Source of the DNA: Candidatus Microgenomates bacterium
GTDB taxonomy: Bacteria > Patescibacteriota > Microgenomatia > UBA8517
Direction: 5' to 3'
NCBI GenBank assembly: GCA_049519355.1
Contig: JBEKQV010000001.1
Location: 315,946-379,945 of the forward strand
Length of the DNA: 64,000 nt
Shown: positions 43,797-52,773 of the stretch, one piece after another
How positions within the stretch are numbered: position 1 is the stretch's first letter
Layout: each line of letters begins with the position of its first letter
The notes under the pieces: generated by a model
Databases searched by the model: none
Told to the model about the DNA's origin: nothing
The model's input: only the letters and a program-made list of their open reading frames with translations
Made by a program: the position numbers and the translations under genes

Positions 43797-46119
43797 GAAT
43801 ATTAATTTTACAGGCATAATATTTGCGGCGGTTGGTATTGCCGTATTTGTTTTTTTGCTGGTTGCTGTGGGGTACGCCGTTTTTATTTATTTCAAAAATA
43901 GGGATAGGGAGGAAAATTCTATTGACTCGGTTCTTCTTCAAGTTGCGGTTCCTAGGAACAACGAAATCAAGATTGATGTTATGGAGCAGCTTTTTTCGTC
44001 AATTTACTCGATGAAAAAAGGAGGTTGGAAGCAAAAGTTTTCGGTCCAGCCTGCCATTTCTTTTGAAATTGTGGCACGTTTAGAAGATATTCGTTTTTAT
44101 GTCTGGGCGCCGAAAAAACTTAAGGATCTTATCGAGAAACAAATAAATGGAGCTTACCCCGATGCCGATATTATTGAGGTTGATGAATACAATCTATTTA
44201 CCAAAAATGGGCATGTCGCTTACAAGTCATATCAACTTGGCAAAAGTAATTTTTATCCTCTTAAGACTTTTAAGGACCTTCCGACCGACCCAATGCTTGG
44301 AATTACTTCCGCTCTTGCCAAAATGGGACCCGATGAGGGGGCTGCGATTCAGATATTGATTTCGCCGGCGGAAAGTACGTGGCAAAAAGAGGGAAGTCAT
44401 TTTATAAGTGAAACAAAAAAACAGGAAAGCGATCCGGAAAAGGCGAAGTTTTCCACACCTGCAAAAACTTTGGAGGCGGTAGAAAATAAAGTTGCCAAGC
44501 TGGGTTTTGAGACTTCCATTCGTGTTGTTGCGGTTTCGACGGATGACGCTTCCGCGAAAAATCACATATCCAATATAGGAGGCGCATTGGCACAGTTTGC
44601 GGGGGACCTTAATAGCCTTAAAAGCCGAAAAATTTACAGGAAGGGAGCGTTTATGGAAGATTTTCTTTACAGGTATCAACCGATGTTCAATCTATTCGGT
44701 AACCACCGTTCCATTCTTAACTCGGAAGAGCTGGCTACAGTTTTTCACTTCCCGAATAAACAAATTACAACACCTCACATCTTTTGGCTGAATTCCAAAA
44801 CCGCCCCGGCACCTTCGCAAATACCGACTGAAGGGCTTTACCTGGGAGTGAGCGCTTACAGGGGAATCAAGAGACAGGTTTATATCGGCAACGAGGACAG
44901 GATGAGGCATATTTACGTAATTGGAAAAACCGGAACCGGAAAGTCCGAACTTCTCAAAGACATGATTCTTCAGGATATAAGAGCTGGAAAGGGACTTTGT
45001 TTTATGGACCCACACGGAGATGCGCTCCAAGACATAATGAAGCTTATTCCTCCTGAGAGGGCCGAAGATGTCATTTACTTTAACCCCAGCGATACCGAGC
45101 GGCCAATGGGTCTTAATCTTCTGGAGGCAAAGACAGAAGATGAAAAGCATTTTGCGGCAACCGCAGTAATCAACATGATGTACAAACTTTTCGACCCTTA
45201 TAAAACTGGAATTGTGGGACCAAGGTTTGAGCACGGCGTCAGGAATGCAATGCTTACTGCAATGGCCGAGCCGGGTAATACTTTCGTTGAGGTTATGAGA
45301 ATTATGACGGATGCCAAGTTTGTTCAAGAACTTCTTCCCAAAGTAACTGACCCAATGGTCAGGCGCTACTGGACCGACCAAATTGCCCAGACAGCAGACT
45401 TCCACAAGTCCGAGGTTTTGGATTATACGGTTTCCAAGTTTGGCCGCTTTGTCACAAACAGGGTAATAAGAAATATTGTTGGACAATCGGTTTCGTCGTT
45501 TAATTTCAGGGACATAATGGATAATGGAAAAATCTTACTTATTAATTTGGCGAAAGGAGAACTCGGTGAGGAAAACAGCAATTTCTTAGGTTTAATTCTT
45601 GTTCCGAGAATTCTTATGGCGGCAATGAGCAGGGCGGATGTTCCTGAATCCCAGAGACGGGATTTTTATTTGTATGTTGACGAGTTCCAAAATTTTGCTA
45701 CCCCCGACTTTGCCGTGATTCTATCTGAGGCAAGAAAGTATAGACTCGGACTTTGTGTCGCCAATCAGTTTATTGGACAAGTTGAAGAAGAGGTTAAAAA
45801 TGCAGTTTTTGGCAATGTCGGAACAATTATTTCCTTCCGTGTAGGAGTAACCGATGCCAATTATCTTCAGCACGAATTCACACCCACTTTTGCGGAGGAT
45901 GATCTTCTCAATGTCGAAAGATATCACGCCTATGTCAAAACGACGGTAAACAACGAACCGGTTCCTCCTTTCTCGCTCGATTTAACCAAGGACATAACTA
46001 AGATCAAAGCTGCCCAAAGCGATAGGGTTGCCGAAATTATCACCGAAATGAGCAGACTCAAATATGGACGTGACGTAAAACTTGTTGAAGCGGAGATGGA
46101 AAGAAGGGCAAGGCTGTGA
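43786..46119 (+). CDS. Membrane-anchored VirD4/TraG/TraD-like type IV coupling-protein ATPase (AAA_10 / TrwB-like)
   Basis: Two N-terminal TM helices; Walker A VIGKTGTGKSELLKDM; Walker B LYVDEFQNF; GLCFMDPHGD. Overall layout as in T4CP/TraD proteins. No other T4SS genes in the window. Confidence 0.6.
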   Translation: MFLENINFTGIIFAAVGIAVFVFLLVAVGYAVFIYFKNRDREENSIDSVLLQVAVPRNNEIKIDVMEQLFSSIYSMKKGGWKQKFSVQPAISFEIVARLEDIRFYVWAPKKLKDLIEKQINGAYPDADIIEVDEYNLFTKNGHVAYKSYQLGKSNFYPLKTFKDLPTDPMLGITSALAKMGPDEGAAIQILISPAESTWQKEGSHFISETKKQESDPEKAKFSTPAKTLEAVENKVAKLGFETSIRVVAVSTDDASAKNHISNIGGALAQFAGDLNSLKSRKIYRKGAFMEDFLYRYQPMFNLFGNHRSILNSEELATVFHFPNKQITTPHIFWLNSKTAPAPSQIPTEGLYLGVSAYRGIKRQVYIGNEDRMRHIYVIGKTGTGKSELLKDMILQDIRAGKGLCFMDPHGDALQDIMKLIPPERAEDVIYFNPSDTERPMGLNLLEAKTEDEKHFAATAVINMMYKLFDPYKTGIVGPRFEHGVRNAMLTAMAEPGNTFVEVMRIMTDAKFVQELLPKVTDPMVRRYWTDQIAQTADFHKSEVLDYTVSKFGRFVTNRVIRNIVGQSVSSFNFRDIMDNGKILLINLAKGELGEENSNFLGLILVPRILMAAMSRADVPESQRRDFYLYVDEFQNFATPDFAVILSEARKYRLGLCVANQFIGQVEEEVKNAVFGNVGTIISFRVGVTDANYLQHEFTPTFAEDDLLNVERYHAYVKTTVNNEPVPPFSLDLTKDITKIKAAQSDRVAEIITEMSRLKYGRDVKLVEAEMERRARL

Positions 46120-46133
46120 TATTCTTCTAACAT

Positions 46134-46976
46134 ATGAACGTAGGGGTAATCGGTTACGGATATGTCGGTAGGGCAACGGGGGAGGGATTTGCAACCAACT
46201 CCGGGAATAAAATCTTCTGGTACGATAAATTTAAGGAAAGTCAAAATACACTTTCTGAGGTTTTGGAAAAAAGCGACTTTATTTTCGTTTGTGTTCCAAC
46301 TCCTATTTTTGCCGATTACTCAGGTATGGATATGAGTATAGTTGAAGGTGTGATTGATGAGGTCGCGCCTAAGATATCGGGGACCGATAAAATCTTGATT
46401 ATTAAATCAACCTCACTTCCTGGAACAACCAGGAAAATGGCCGAAAAATATCCTGAGGTAAATTTTGTGATGAACCCTGAGTTTCTGACTCAAAAAAACG
46501 CCAACACCGATTTTCTAAAACCTTTTAGAACGGTAATCGGGTCGGAAAGCCGTGATGTAGGGGACAGGGTGGTTAAACTTTATTCGACAATATTACCTGA
46601 AAATCAGAAATATTTTATTACGGATACTACAAGCGCCGAGCTTGCCAAATACATGAGTAATCTAATCTTAGCCTCAAAAGTTCTTTTGGGAAACGAATTT
46701 TACGATCTTGCCCAAAAAGTTGGGGCAAATTATTTGGATGTTAGTTCAATTGTCGAGGCGGATCCGAGAGTAGGGACTTTTCTTGGAGTCCCCGGCTGGG
46801 ATGGTGACAGAGGTTTTGGACAGGCTTGTTTTCCTAAAGATATGGTAGGAATATTGGGTTTTGCGAAAAAAATTGGGGTTGACATGTCCGCACTAGACGC
46901 CGTTTGGAAGAAAAACCTCAAAATCAGAAAACACAGAGATTGGGAAGATTTACCCCAGGCCTTCAAGAAAAAGTAA
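46134..46976 (+). CDS. UDP-glucose/GDP-mannose dehydrogenase family protein lacking the C-terminal UDP-binding domain (possibly truncated)
   Basis: NAD-binding VGVIGYGYVG and catalytic-Cys motif GFGQACFPKD (compare GGSCFPKD). Only 280 aa against a typical 390-440. The stop lies 8 bp before the tRNA. Confidence 0.65.
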   Translation: MNVGVIGYGYVGRATGEGFATNSGNKIFWYDKFKESQNTLSEVLEKSDFIFVCVPTPIFADYSGMDMSIVEGVIDEVAPKISGTDKILIIKSTSLPGTTRKMAEKYPEVNFVMNPEFLTQKNANTDFLKPFRTVIGSESRDVGDRVVKLYSTILPENQKYFITDTTSAELAKYMSNLILASKVLLGNEFYDLAQKVGANYLDVSSIVEADPRVGTFLGVPGWDGDRGFGQACFPKDMVGILGFAKKIGVDMSALDAVWKKNLKIRKHRDWEDLPQAFKKK

Positions 46977-46984
46977 CTTCTTTG

Positions 46985-47057
46985 TGGGTGCGCATGGATT
47001 CGGACCATGGACATCTACTTTATAAGAGTAGCGCTCTACCGCTGAGCTACGCACCCT
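46985..47057 (-). tRNA. tRNA-Ile with anticodon UAU (gene TAT)
   Basis: Hand-folded cloverleaf: acceptor GGGTGCG/CGCACCC, D-arm GCTC-AGCGGTA-GAGC, anticodon arm CTACT-CTTATAA-AGTAG (U33, anticodon UAU, A37), T-arm CATGG-TCCGAAT-CCATG, discriminator A. Confidence 0.65.
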
Positions 47058-47091
47058 GAAAGCTCATACGTATTATAGCAAAGAAGTATTC

Positions 47092-47991
47092 TTACAGCTC
47101 TACGAGGGTTTGCTTTTTGCCGGGTTCGGTTATTTGGGCAAGTTCCAAGTACCTTTCGGTTGTGGAAAGGCGCTTGTGACCCGTAACCTGGGAAAGTAGC
47201 ACGATATCGACTCCGGCCTTAAGGTTTTCAACAATAAAGGTGGTTCTCAAGTCGTTTACTGAATAGTTTGGAAGCTCAGCCTTTTGAATATACCTGGCGA
47301 TTGAGGCCCTGATATTTCTGACAGCCAAAGGCTTTCCGTTTTTGCTTATAAAGACATGGAGAGATTCCGGTTTGGGTCTAATTGCTATATAAGCATTTAA
47401 AACCTCCGTGGCGGGTTTATTAATAGGAATATTTCTTTCCGGTTGCGTGGCGTAAGCTTCAACTTTGATTGAGTCCTTGCCAACATTTGCAATTTTAAGG
47501 CCGGCAACCTCGGAAATTCTAAGGCCGGTCTGCAAGATAAGTTCAATTATGGCTGCAATTCTGGTATCGTTTCTGACAACGTCCCTCAAAGCTCTGTATT
47601 CAAGCTGGGTAAGGAACTTGGGGAGAATGTTTTCAATCTTAGGATGAGCAACAGATGCCGAAACATCCGAGGTGACCACGTTTTCAGAGATCATCCATCT
47701 GAAGAAGGTTTTGACGGCATTTAGCTTTCTGCTAACCGATTTGGGGGTATATTTGTCAGCCAATAAGGTATCGCGGAAGCTGTCAAGATCGTCCGGGCGA
47801 ACCTGTTCAGGTAGAACTTTTTGCCTCTTGATAAGAAAATCCACTAACTGCTCAAGGTCGCTTCTGTATGCGAGAATAGTCGCAGGAGAGCGCCCTTTTG
47901 ACTTAAGGGATTCTATAAACTTAGGGAGCAGGTTTTTAACGGGTTCTTGTGTCATACTATTAACTAGGTCATTATTATAGCCCAAATTCAC
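47092..47991 (-). CDS. Tyrosine recombinase, XerC/XerD family
   Basis: N-terminal SAM-like core-binding domain; catalytic R in TGLRISE; H-x-x-R...Y in GHKRLSTTERY. Confidence 0.8.
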   Translation of the reverse strand: MNLGYNNDLVNSMTQEPVKNLLPKFIESLKSKGRSPATILAYRSDLEQLVDFLIKRQKVLPEQVRPDDLDSFRDTLLADKYTPKSVSRKLNAVKTFFRWMISENVVTSDVSASVAHPKIENILPKFLTQLEYRALRDVVRNDTRIAAIIELILQTGLRISEVAGLKIANVGKDSIKVEAYATQPERNIPINKPATEVLNAYIAIRPKPESLHVFISKNGKPLAVRNIRASIARYIQKAELPNYSVNDLRTTFIVENLKAGVDIVLLSQVTGHKRLSTTERYLELAQITEPGKKQTLVEL

Positions 47992-48017
47992 CGTATGTCA
48001 ACATATTACAGGATGAT

Positions 48018-48404
48018 ATGAGAAGAATAGCGGAAAACCTCAAAATTAAGGCTAAAAAGCTCTTTGGGCTGGCTGTGTGGGTGCTGGCTGTACTTCTTCT
48101 AATATCGACGGTAAAAAACATAACTAAAGTAGCGAGCGTCCGGAGCGCTGTTGAGGCTGAGAAGGAAAAAGTGGCAAAAATGGAAGCGGATAATCAAAAA
48201 CTTCAGGCTCAGATTGCACAGACTCAGGGCTCGGAATTTATTGAAAAACAGATTCGGGATGAGCTTGGGCTTGCCAAGCCCGGGGAGGCGATTGTGGTGT
48301 TGCCGGATGAGGCTACACTCAGGCAACTTGCACCCCAAACGCCCGTTGAGGAGGAGTCCCTGCCTGATCCTAACTGGGTAAAGTGGGAGAAGTTATTCTT
48401 TTAA
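48018..48404 (+). CDS. ftsB: Septum formation initiator (FtsB/DivIC family)
   Basis: TM, then a coiled coil (KEKVAKMEADNQKLQAQIAQ), then DELGLAKPGE, the DivIC/FtsB signature. Confidence 0.6.
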   Translation: MRRIAENLKIKAKKLFGLAVWVLAVLLLISTVKNITKVASVRSAVEAEKEKVAKMEADNQKLQAQIAQTQGSEFIEKQIRDELGLAKPGEAIVVLPDEATLRQLAPQTPVEEESLPDPNWVKWEKLFF

Positions 48405-48410
48405 ATCTTG

Positions 48411-48480
48411 TTGCGGGGCTGGGAGTTGAACCCAGCCTGCGAGATTATGAGCCTCACGTGCAGCCGTACACTACCCCGCA
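48411..48480 (-). tRNA. tRNA with anticodon CAU (elongator Met or Ile2-lysidine type)
   Basis: Acceptor TGCGGGG/CCCCGCA, anticodon loop CTCATAA, T-arm CTGGG-TTCAACT-CCCAG. The D-arm is short (6-nt loop) and the anticodon stem has two G-U pairs. Confidence 0.5.
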
Positions 48481-48530
48481 TATATACTAACGAGAGCAAT
48501 TATAGCATAAAAATGTTAAAATACGCTTGA

Positions 48531-48604
48531 GCCAAGGTAGCTCAGTCGGTAAGAGCGCGGCATTCATAACGCCGAGGTCGAGAGTCCGATTCTCTCCCTT
48601 GGCA
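48531..48604 (+). tRNA. tRNA with anticodon CAU (Met or Ile2-lysidine type; not an initiator, since G1-C72 is paired)
   Basis: Acceptor GCCAAGG/CCTTGGC, D-arm GCTC-AGTCGGTAA-GAGC, anticodon arm CGGCA-TTCATAA-CGCCG (A31-C39 mismatch), T-arm GAGAG-TCCGATT-CTCTC, discriminator A. Confidence 0.7.
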
Positions 48605-48616
48605 CTAAGCAAATAT

Positions 48617-49603
48617 ATGGATAAAAAACGGGTATTTTCCGGTACAAGAGCCACAGGCAAACTGCACTTGGGTAATTATCTGGGTGCGGTCAAGGGTTAT
48701 TTGGCTTTGGCTAATGATCCTGCCTATGAAACCATCTTTATGGTTATGGATTTGCATGCCGTAACCACCCCATACGATAAAGAAAAGCTCGCAGATAACA
48801 CCAGGAACGTAATAATGGATTATCTCGCCTGCGGAATTGATCCGGCTAAATCAATCATTACTGCTCAATCGTTAGTACCGGAACATGCATATTTGGCGGA
48901 CCTTCTCTCCACGGAGATATCGGTTGCCAGGATGCAGCACTTACCTACATTTAAGGAAAAGGTGGCCCAACACCCAAATAATGTGACCATGGCGCTTCTT
49001 AACTACCCTGTTTTGATGGCTGCGGACATCTTGCTTTATAAAGCCTCCTTAGTTCCTGTCGGAATCGACCAGGAGCCGCACTTGGAAGTGGCCCGCGAAA
49101 TTGCAAGGAAGATGAACGAGAAGTATGGGACTGATTTTCCAGAGCCTAAAAGATTTGCAACAAAGGGCGAATATGTGCCTTCTCTAACGGGGGAGGGAAA
49201 GATGAGTAAGTCTGTTGAAGGAAGTTATATTAATTTAACGGATAGTCTTGATGAAATAAAAAAGAAACTTTCGGGAGCTCCAACTGACTCTGGAAAGGGT
49301 GATAAGGTTCCGAAAAAAGGAGGAGTGGCCAACCTTTTGCAATTCGTCGGGCTTTTTGAGGGAGAGGAAAAAAGAAAGAAATACGAGAAAGATTATCTGG
49401 GTGGAGGAATCAGATACGGCGAGTTGAAGGCGGAGTTGGCGGAAGCAATTTATAAGGAACTCGAACCGATTCAAAAGCAGAGGAAAGTTTACGAAAATGA
49501 TCCTTTATTGGTGGACAGGATTATAAAAGAAGGTGCCAAAAAAGCAGAAAAAATTGCCTCAGCAACTTTGCAGGAAGTGAAAGATAAAATGGGCTTCATA
49601 TAA
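48617..49603 (+). CDS. trpS: Tryptophan--tRNA ligase
   Basis: TGKLHLGNYLG (HIGH-type) and KMSKS motifs. True start ATG 48617; the ORF-track N-terminal extension overlaps the tRNA. Confidence 0.9.
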   Translation: MDKKRVFSGTRATGKLHLGNYLGAVKGYLALANDPAYETIFMVMDLHAVTTPYDKEKLADNTRNVIMDYLACGIDPAKSIITAQSLVPEHAYLADLLSTEISVARMQHLPTFKEKVAQHPNNVTMALLNYPVLMAADILLYKASLVPVGIDQEPHLEVAREIARKMNEKYGTDFPEPKRFATKGEYVPSLTGEGKMSKSVEGSYINLTDSLDEIKKKLSGAPTDSGKGDKVPKKGGVANLLQFVGLFEGEEKRKKYEKDYLGGGIRYGELKAELAEAIYKELEPIQKQRKVYENDPLLVDRIIKEGAKKAEKIASATLQEVKDKMGFI

Positions 49604-49604
49604 A

Positions 49605-49955
49605 ATGGACGCGATAAATTTCGATGAGTTCTCAAAAGTAGATATAAGAATAGGTACCGTCATTGAAGCGGAAGTGCCTGAGTGGAGTCATTGGGTTATC
49701 CGAATGGAAGTTGACCTAGGCCCCGAAATCGGAAAAAAGAAAGCCTTTTCCGGCATCAAAAAATTTTTTGAGCCGAAAGATCTTGTTGGGAAGCAGTTTC
49801 CGTTTGTTGTTAATCTTGAGCCGAAAAAGATTGGTCCTGAGCACGAACTATCCGAAGTAATGATGATTATGGCAGTTCCAGCCGAAGACGAAGAAACTCC
49901 AACAGTTCTTTTTAGACTCCTCAAAAAGGTTCCAGATGGGACAAAAGTGAGATGA
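49605..49955 (+). CDS. tRNA-binding (EMAP/Myf/CsaA-like OB-fold) domain protein
   Basis: FSKVDIRIGTVIEAE ... VVNLEPKKIG matches the tRNA-binding domain pattern FxKxDLRVGxI...aNLkPrKxxG. Confidence 0.75.
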   Translation: MDAINFDEFSKVDIRIGTVIEAEVPEWSHWVIRMEVDLGPEIGKKKAFSGIKKFFEPKDLVGKQFPFVVNLEPKKIGPEHELSEVMMIMAVPAEDEETPTVLFRLLKKVPDGTKVR

Positions 49956-49975
49956 TAGTGTAAAATTGACGCCGT

Positions 49976-51862
49976 ATGTATCCTACCAATATGTTTAATC
50001 AAGATTCGGAAAAGAAACCCGCGAAAGGCAAGAACGGGCTTCAGTTTAAGATGAAAATCAATCTTTGGACGATTGTAATCGCAATCCTGATTATCTTTTT
50101 TGTAATTCCGGGAATAATCGCCGCCGTTCAAAGCGGCGTTACCTCCACGAAAGAGAATATTTCTCAGGTATTAACCGATATCAAATCAGGCAAGGTGAGT
50201 AAGATTTCTGTTGATGGCGCCGATTTGACAATAACTTATAAAGACGGAAGCACAAAAACTTCCACAAAAGAAGATGCAGAAAACTTTTCCGACCTCCTCA
50301 AAAATTCGGGAATTGATCCCGCAACTGTAAATTATGAAGTTGTTGACCAATCTTTTGCTAAAGTGGCGGGGGATATTGCAGGGGTTGTATTGCCCCTCAT
50401 TTTAATTGGTGTATTTTTCTACTTTATAATGAGGGCTCAAAACAAGGGAGCCCAGGATATCTTCTCTTTCGGAAGAAGCAAGGCCAAACTCTTTGCCAAA
50501 GGGAGGCAAAACGTAACTTTTGCCGATGTCGCCGGAGTTGATGAGGCTAAAAAGGAACTTGAAGAACTTGTCGACTTTCTGAAAAACCCGGCAAAATATA
50601 GAAAAATCGGAGCCAGAACCCCAAAAGGTGCGCTTCTTGTCGGTCCTTCCGGAGTTGGTAAAACACTTTTGGCAAAGGCTGTCGCCGGTGAAGCCGGTGT
50701 GCCGTTTTTCAGCATGGCGGGAAGTGAATTTATGGAGATGCTTGTTGGAGTTGGAGCCAGCCGTGCAAGGGATTTATTTAGCCAGGCAAAAGCTGCAGCA
50801 CCTTCAATTATTTTTATAGATGAAATTGATGCGATTGGTAGACAAAGGGGGAGAGGAATGATGGGTGGGCATGATGAGCGTGAGCAAACACTAAACCAGA
50901 TATTGGTTGAAATGGACGGATTTACTCCAAACGATAATGTCATTGTTATTGCTGCAACCAACCGTGGAGATCTTTTGGATCCGGCACTTCTCCGGCCGGG
51001 AAGATTCGACAGAAGAATTGTTCTGGATATGCCTGACAAAGAGGGAAGATTAGCAATTCTTAGAATTCATGCCAAGGGTAAAAAATTTGCCAGGGGAATT
51101 GATTGGGGAAGGGTTGCCGATAGGACAGTAGGTTTTTCTGGAGCGGATCTTGAAAACATGCTTAACGAGGCTGCAATAGGGGCTGCCAGAAACAATAAAG
51201 ACGAGATTTCGATGGCTGAGCTGGAAGAGTCGGCAACTAAAGTTAAGCTTGGGCCCGCAAAAAAGAGGCTCCAAAGTGATGAGGACAAGAAGCTTACCGC
51301 TTACCATGAAGCCGGGCATGCAATCGTCACACACTTCTTAAAAAATACTGATCCGGTGCAAAGAATCTCTATCGTTGCCCGCGGAATGAGCTTGGGCCAC
51401 ACTTTAATTCCTCCAACTGGTGATAGAACTCATGAGACAAAATCACGTCTTCTTGAGCAGATTACGGCCATGCTCGGAGGCCGTGCCGCCGAGGGTGTTG
51501 TCTTTGATGAACTCACGAGCGGGGCAGCGAACGATATTGCCCAGGCCACAAAGATTGCCAAGGCGATGGTCGTGGAGTTTGGGATGAGTGATCTTGGACC
51601 AATCAACCTTGGGCCGGATATGGGAATGGGAGATTTTGGACAGTTGGAATGGTATGAACAAGCCCAGAACTCGCCGGCGTTTATGGAAAAGATTGATGCC
51701 GAAACTAAGCGGATTCTGGATGCGGGATATAAGGCTGCGGTAAAAATCATTAAGGAGAAAAGGAAGCTTCTTGATAAAGTTTCTGATACTTTGATTAAGA
51801 GAGAAACTTTGGATGGTGACGACTTCGAAAAGATTGTTGGTAAAAAACCCCGGCAAGATTGA
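49976..51862 (+). CDS. ftsH: ATP-dependent zinc metalloprotease FtsH
   Basis: N-terminal TMs, AAA Walker A GPSGVGKT, second region of homology, zinc motif HEAGHAIV. Confidence 0.95.
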   Translation: MYPTNMFNQDSEKKPAKGKNGLQFKMKINLWTIVIAILIIFFVIPGIIAAVQSGVTSTKENISQVLTDIKSGKVSKISVDGADLTITYKDGSTKTSTKEDAENFSDLLKNSGIDPATVNYEVVDQSFAKVAGDIAGVVLPLILIGVFFYFIMRAQNKGAQDIFSFGRSKAKLFAKGRQNVTFADVAGVDEAKKELEELVDFLKNPAKYRKIGARTPKGALLVGPSGVGKTLLAKAVAGEAGVPFFSMAGSEFMEMLVGVGASRARDLFSQAKAAAPSIIFIDEIDAIGRQRGRGMMGGHDEREQTLNQILVEMDGFTPNDNVIVIAATNRGDLLDPALLRPGRFDRRIVLDMPDKEGRLAILRIHAKGKKFARGIDWGRVADRTVGFSGADLENMLNEAAIGAARNNKDEISMAELEESATKVKLGPAKKRLQSDEDKKLTAYHEAGHAIVTHFLKNTDPVQRISIVARGMSLGHTLIPPTGDRTHETKSRLLEQITAMLGGRAAEGVVFDELTSGAANDIAQATKIAKAMVVEFGMSDLGPINLGPDMGMGDFGQLEWYEQAQNSPAFMEKIDAETKRILDAGYKAAVKIIKEKRKLLDKVSDTLIKRETLDGDDFEKIVGKKPRQD

Positions 51863-51882
51863 ACTTCTGATACAATACATTT

Positions 51883-52773
51883 GTGGGAAAACTAGTTCTG
51901 ATTGACGGAAATGCGATTCTTCACCGGGCTTTCCATGCCATGCCACCGCTCACTACAAGCTCTGGGGAGCCAATCAATGCCGTTTACGGGCTTATCTCGA
52001 TGTTTCTTCGGGTAGTCCAGGATCTTAAGCCTGATGCAATTGCAGTAGCATTTGATGAGAAGGCCGAAACTTTTCGTCAAAAAGAGTTTAAGAGTTATCA
52101 GGCGCAACGCCCGCCCTTAGCTGATGAACTTTCTTCTCAGTTTGGAAAAGCGCGGGAGTTTTTCGAAGCGGCAAGAGTTCCTGTTTATTCAAAGCCTGGG
52201 TACGAGGCGGATGATGTAATAGGAACCATTGCCGAGAAAGCAAAAGAAGATGTAGTGGTGGTGACGGGGGACAGGGATATCCTTCAACTTATTGATAAGA
52301 AGATTAAACTCTACATGCCTGTTGTGGGACTAACTAACGCCAAACTTTACGATTCTGAAGCCGCAAGAGAGAGGATGGGAGTTCCGCCGAACCAGATTCC
52401 GGATTATAAAGCGCTGGTTGGAGACCCCTCTGATAATTATCCGGGGGTTGCGGGAATTGGACCGGTAACGGCGGAAAAACTTCTCGAGAAGTATAAAAGC
52501 ATTGATAATATTTATGCTCATTTGCAGGATATAGAGCCGAAAACAAGGCAGAAATTGGAGATTAAAAAGGAAGACGCAAAACTCTTCCTTAAACTTGCAA
52601 CCATAATTAGAGATGTTCCGATAGACATTAATTATGAGGACATGGAAAAGTGGAAAATTGACAATCCGAAGGTCTTGGAGCTTTTTGAAAAATTCGGTTT
52701 TAAGACTTTGACGGAACGGATTAAAAAAGTCGGAAAAGAAATTGATGAGGAAAAACAAGGAGCACTTTTTTAA
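51883..52773 (+). CDS. 5'-3' exonuclease (stand-alone Pol I-type FEN domain)
   Basis: LVLIDGNAILHRAF, YEADDVIGT and the H3TH region GDPSDNYPGVAGIGPVTA. Confidence 0.85.
   Translation: MGKLVLIDGNAILHRAFHAMPPLTTSSGEPINAVYGLISMFLRVVQDLKPDAIAVAFDEKAETFRQKEFKSYQAQRPPLADELSSQFGKAREFFEAARVPVYSKPGYEADDVIGTIAEKAKEDVVVVTGDRDILQLIDKKIKLYMPVVGLTNAKLYDSEAARERMGVPPNQIPDYKALVGDPSDNYPGVAGIGPVTAEKLLEKYKSIDNIYAHLQDIEPKTRQKLEIKKEDAKLFLKLATIIRDVPIDINYEDMEKWKIDNPKVLELFEKFGFKTLTERIKKVGKEIDEEKQGALF

Noticed and set aside
44227-45486. Minus-strand ORFs of 150 and 264 aa inside the T4CP-like gene
   Set aside because: Antisense to an ORF with Walker A/B motifs; no recognisable features; spurious.
46985-47991. Classic tRNA-integrase genomic island (integrase inside an island downstream of the tRNA 3' end)
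   Set aside because: The recombinase lies on the 5' side of the tRNA and has a Xer-type N-terminal domain, and housekeeping genes (ftsB, trpS) follow. It is kept only as a low-interest alternative in the findings.
48527-48616. N-terminal extension of the trpS ORF
   Set aside because: It overlaps the tRNA(CAU) gene at 48531-48604; the conserved TrpRS N-terminus begins at MDKKRVF (48617).
50437-51039. 200-aa minus-strand ORF
   Set aside because: Antisense to ftsH (AAA domain); spurious.
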